The notes below the pieces were generated by a model that was not told the origin of the DNA, ran no database searches, and saw only the letters and a list, made by a program, of their open reading frames with translations. A stretch of DNA of 64,000 nucleotides, taken from NCBI GenBank assembly GCA_963827655.1, contig CAWHCF010000020.1:32001-96000 (forward strand), read 5' to 3'. A program made the translations under genes and the position numbers. This stretch comes from an uncultured Acidobacteriota bacterium (GTDB lineage: Bacteria > Acidobacteriota > UBA6911). Below are positions 62,203-64,000 of this stretch, piece after piece (position 1 is the stretch's first letter; the number at the start of each line of letters is the position of its first letter).

Positions 62203-63532
62203 ATGAGCTCTCGCAGAACACGGATTCTTTGCGTTCTAGTTTTTGCCGGTGTTATTTTGACCGGACCACTGCGGGCGAACTGGCCCCAATGGCGCGGCCC
62301 GAATTCTAACGGCAGCACACAAACGGCGCGCGATCTTCCCGTGACCTGGACCGAGACACAGAACGTCCGGTGGCGCGCGAAGATGCCGAGTTGGAGCGCG
62401 GCCACGCCGATCGTGTGGGAAGACACGATCTTCGTCACTTCGGCCGAAGAAGGGTTTGTGCGCCTGGGCGGCGGCGGTAATCAGGGTCGCCCGGCCGGGA
62501 CGGGCCCCGACAAGGTCTTTCTAATCGCGGTAAACCGCAAAGACGGTTCCAGCCGCTGGCAAAGCCAGATCGACAGCGGCAATCAGCTCTTCCGCAAACA
62601 GAACTCGGCTTCTCCTTCGCCGATCACGGATGGCAAGAACGTCTGGATCATGACCGGCAACGGCAAGTTCGCCTGCTTCACGATGGACGGCAAAGAAGTC
62701 TGGAAGCGCGACATTCAGGCCGACTACGGGAAATTCGGCCTGAACCACGGCTACGCCTCGACTCCTCTGCTGCACGAAGGCCGGCTGTATGTCGAGGTCC
62801 TTCACGGCATGCTCACGGACGATCCGTCTTATGTCTTCGCAGTGGACAAGAACACCGGCAAGACCATCTGGAAGGTAGAGCGGCCCACCGACGCGCCGCG
62901 CGAATCGCCCGATAACTACGCAACGCCGCAACTCGCCACTGTGGGCGGCAAACTGCAGCTGGTCATTTCGGGTGCGGACTACGTTACCGGCCACGATCTG
63001 GACAGCGGCAAGGAGCTGTGGCGGATCGGAGGCTTCAACCCGACCAACAATCCTGCCAACCGAACCATCGCCTCTTCGGTGGTGATAGGCGGTAATGTCT
63101 TCACCACCAGCACGCGCGGCCGGCCTTTCATCGCGTTTTCGCGCCGGCGGTTCCGGCAACATCACCGGCAAGAACGAACTGTGGACCAACAATCTGGGCG
63201 CCGACGTGCCGACGCCGACCACGGACGGCAAGTACATTTACGTCCTGGTCGACAACGGAATCATGAATTGCCTGGAAGCCGCCACGGGCACGGTCGCGTA
63301 CCAGGGGCAACGAATCGAACTCGGAACTTACAGCTCCTCGCCGCTGCTTGCCGATGGCAAGATCTACTGCACCAGCGAAGAGGGCACGACAACGGTCGTG
63401 AAGGCCGGCCCGGCTTTCGAGATCCTAGGTGTCAGCAAACTCGACAGCCACACGCTGGCCAGCCCGGTGGCGGTGGACAACCAGATCTTCATCCGCACGG
63501 CGGATCACCTGTACTGCATCCAGAAGCAGTAG
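62203..63532 (+). CDS. PQQ-like beta-propeller protein (frameshift near 63135)
   Basis: NWPQWRGP, ASPSPITDG, YATP, YSSSP, TLASP, IFIRT. Confidence 0.88.
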
Positions 63533-63540
63533 CGCCTGGT

Positions 63541-63570
63541 TTTCCTGGTGTCTTCGCGTCTTCGTGGTTG
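63541..63570. repeat. Family A repeat
   Basis: tttcctggtgtcttcgcgtcttcgtggttg; others at 44030, 47101, 51078 and 57603. Confidence 0.7.
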
Positions 63571-63580
63571 GTTCAGTCCT

Positions 63581-64000
63581 ATGACCAGACCGAAGAAAGA
63601 ACAGGCCGAGCAGGCGACCAGTCCGACCGCGAGCCGTCCGCATATACCCGGCTACGGCATTCCCAAGGACAAGAGGGGGCTGCTTCCATGGTCTCACGTC
63701 GTCGAGCGCGTGGCCAAGGCCCAGCACTATTGGATCTGTACGGTCGGCCCGGACGGCCGCCCGCACGCGACGCCGGTCGATGGCTTGTGGCTTGACGACC
63801 AGCTGTTTTTTGGCGGAAGTCCCCAAACGCGCCGCAATCGCAATCTGGCCGCAAATCCCGCCGTGTGCGTCCATCTGGAAAGTGGCATGGATGTCGTCAT
63901 CCTGCAGGGCGACGCGCGCGAGCTGCGCGGGCCGGATCGCGCGTTGAGCGTTCGACTGGCGGAAGCTTCACAAGAGAAGTACGGCTATGGGATGAAGCCC
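63581..64000 (+). CDS. Pyridoxamine 5'-phosphate oxidase-like protein (partial)
   Basis: SRPHIPGYG...LLPW...[17 protein letters not shown]...[14 protein letters not shown]. Confidence 0.85.
   Translation, partial: MTRPKKEQAEQATSPTASRPHIPGYGIPKDKRGLLPWSHVVERVAKAQHYWICTVGPDGRPHATPVDGLWLDDQLFFGGSPQTRRNRNLAANPAVCVHLESGMDVVILQGDARELRGPDRALSVRLAEASQEKYGYGMKP

Noticed and set aside
11511-63532. Split ORFs (both TonB genes, hydrolases, acylase, oxidoreductase, DUF6807, PQQ-like) as programmed frameshifts or mass pseudogenisation
   Set aside because: Single-base indels are scattered across unrelated genes, with no shared slippery motif and otherwise intact sequence; long-read consensus error is the simplest explanation

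Overview
GC-rich bacterial chromosomal window, most likely Acidobacteriota. This is inferred from two OAR-like TonB receptors ending QFGLKxxF/QFGMKLIF, a CRTAC1/ASPIC protein, DUF362, a PQQ-like propeller and a Tat-exported Gfo/Idh/MocA. Many genes are split by single-base indels, most simply long-read consensus errors. Content: (i) an acyl-CoA catabolic cluster with two Cys-less Ltp3/Ltp4-like thiolase homologues, DUF35, ACAD, CoA ligase and an EchA19-like hydratase; (ii) two TonB receptors and two CocE/NonD hydrolases; (iii) a wHTH-AAA-TPR regulator; (iv) two intact TA pairs and one decayed pair; (v) DUF362, ApbE and a 7-heme/TPR/FG-GAP fusion; (vi) rnhB, a beta-carbonic anhydrase and an unannotated 44-aa Cys-rich microprotein; (vii) a glycan-utilisation-like region with two tandem ~1100-aa paralogues carrying a GGGWGDDVE motif. 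Intergenic spaces carry at least six families of palindromic or short-period repeats, a MITE and a possible RAYT remnant. I saw no rRNA, tRNA, CRISPR array or intact transposase. All family calls come from motif recognition, not database searches.
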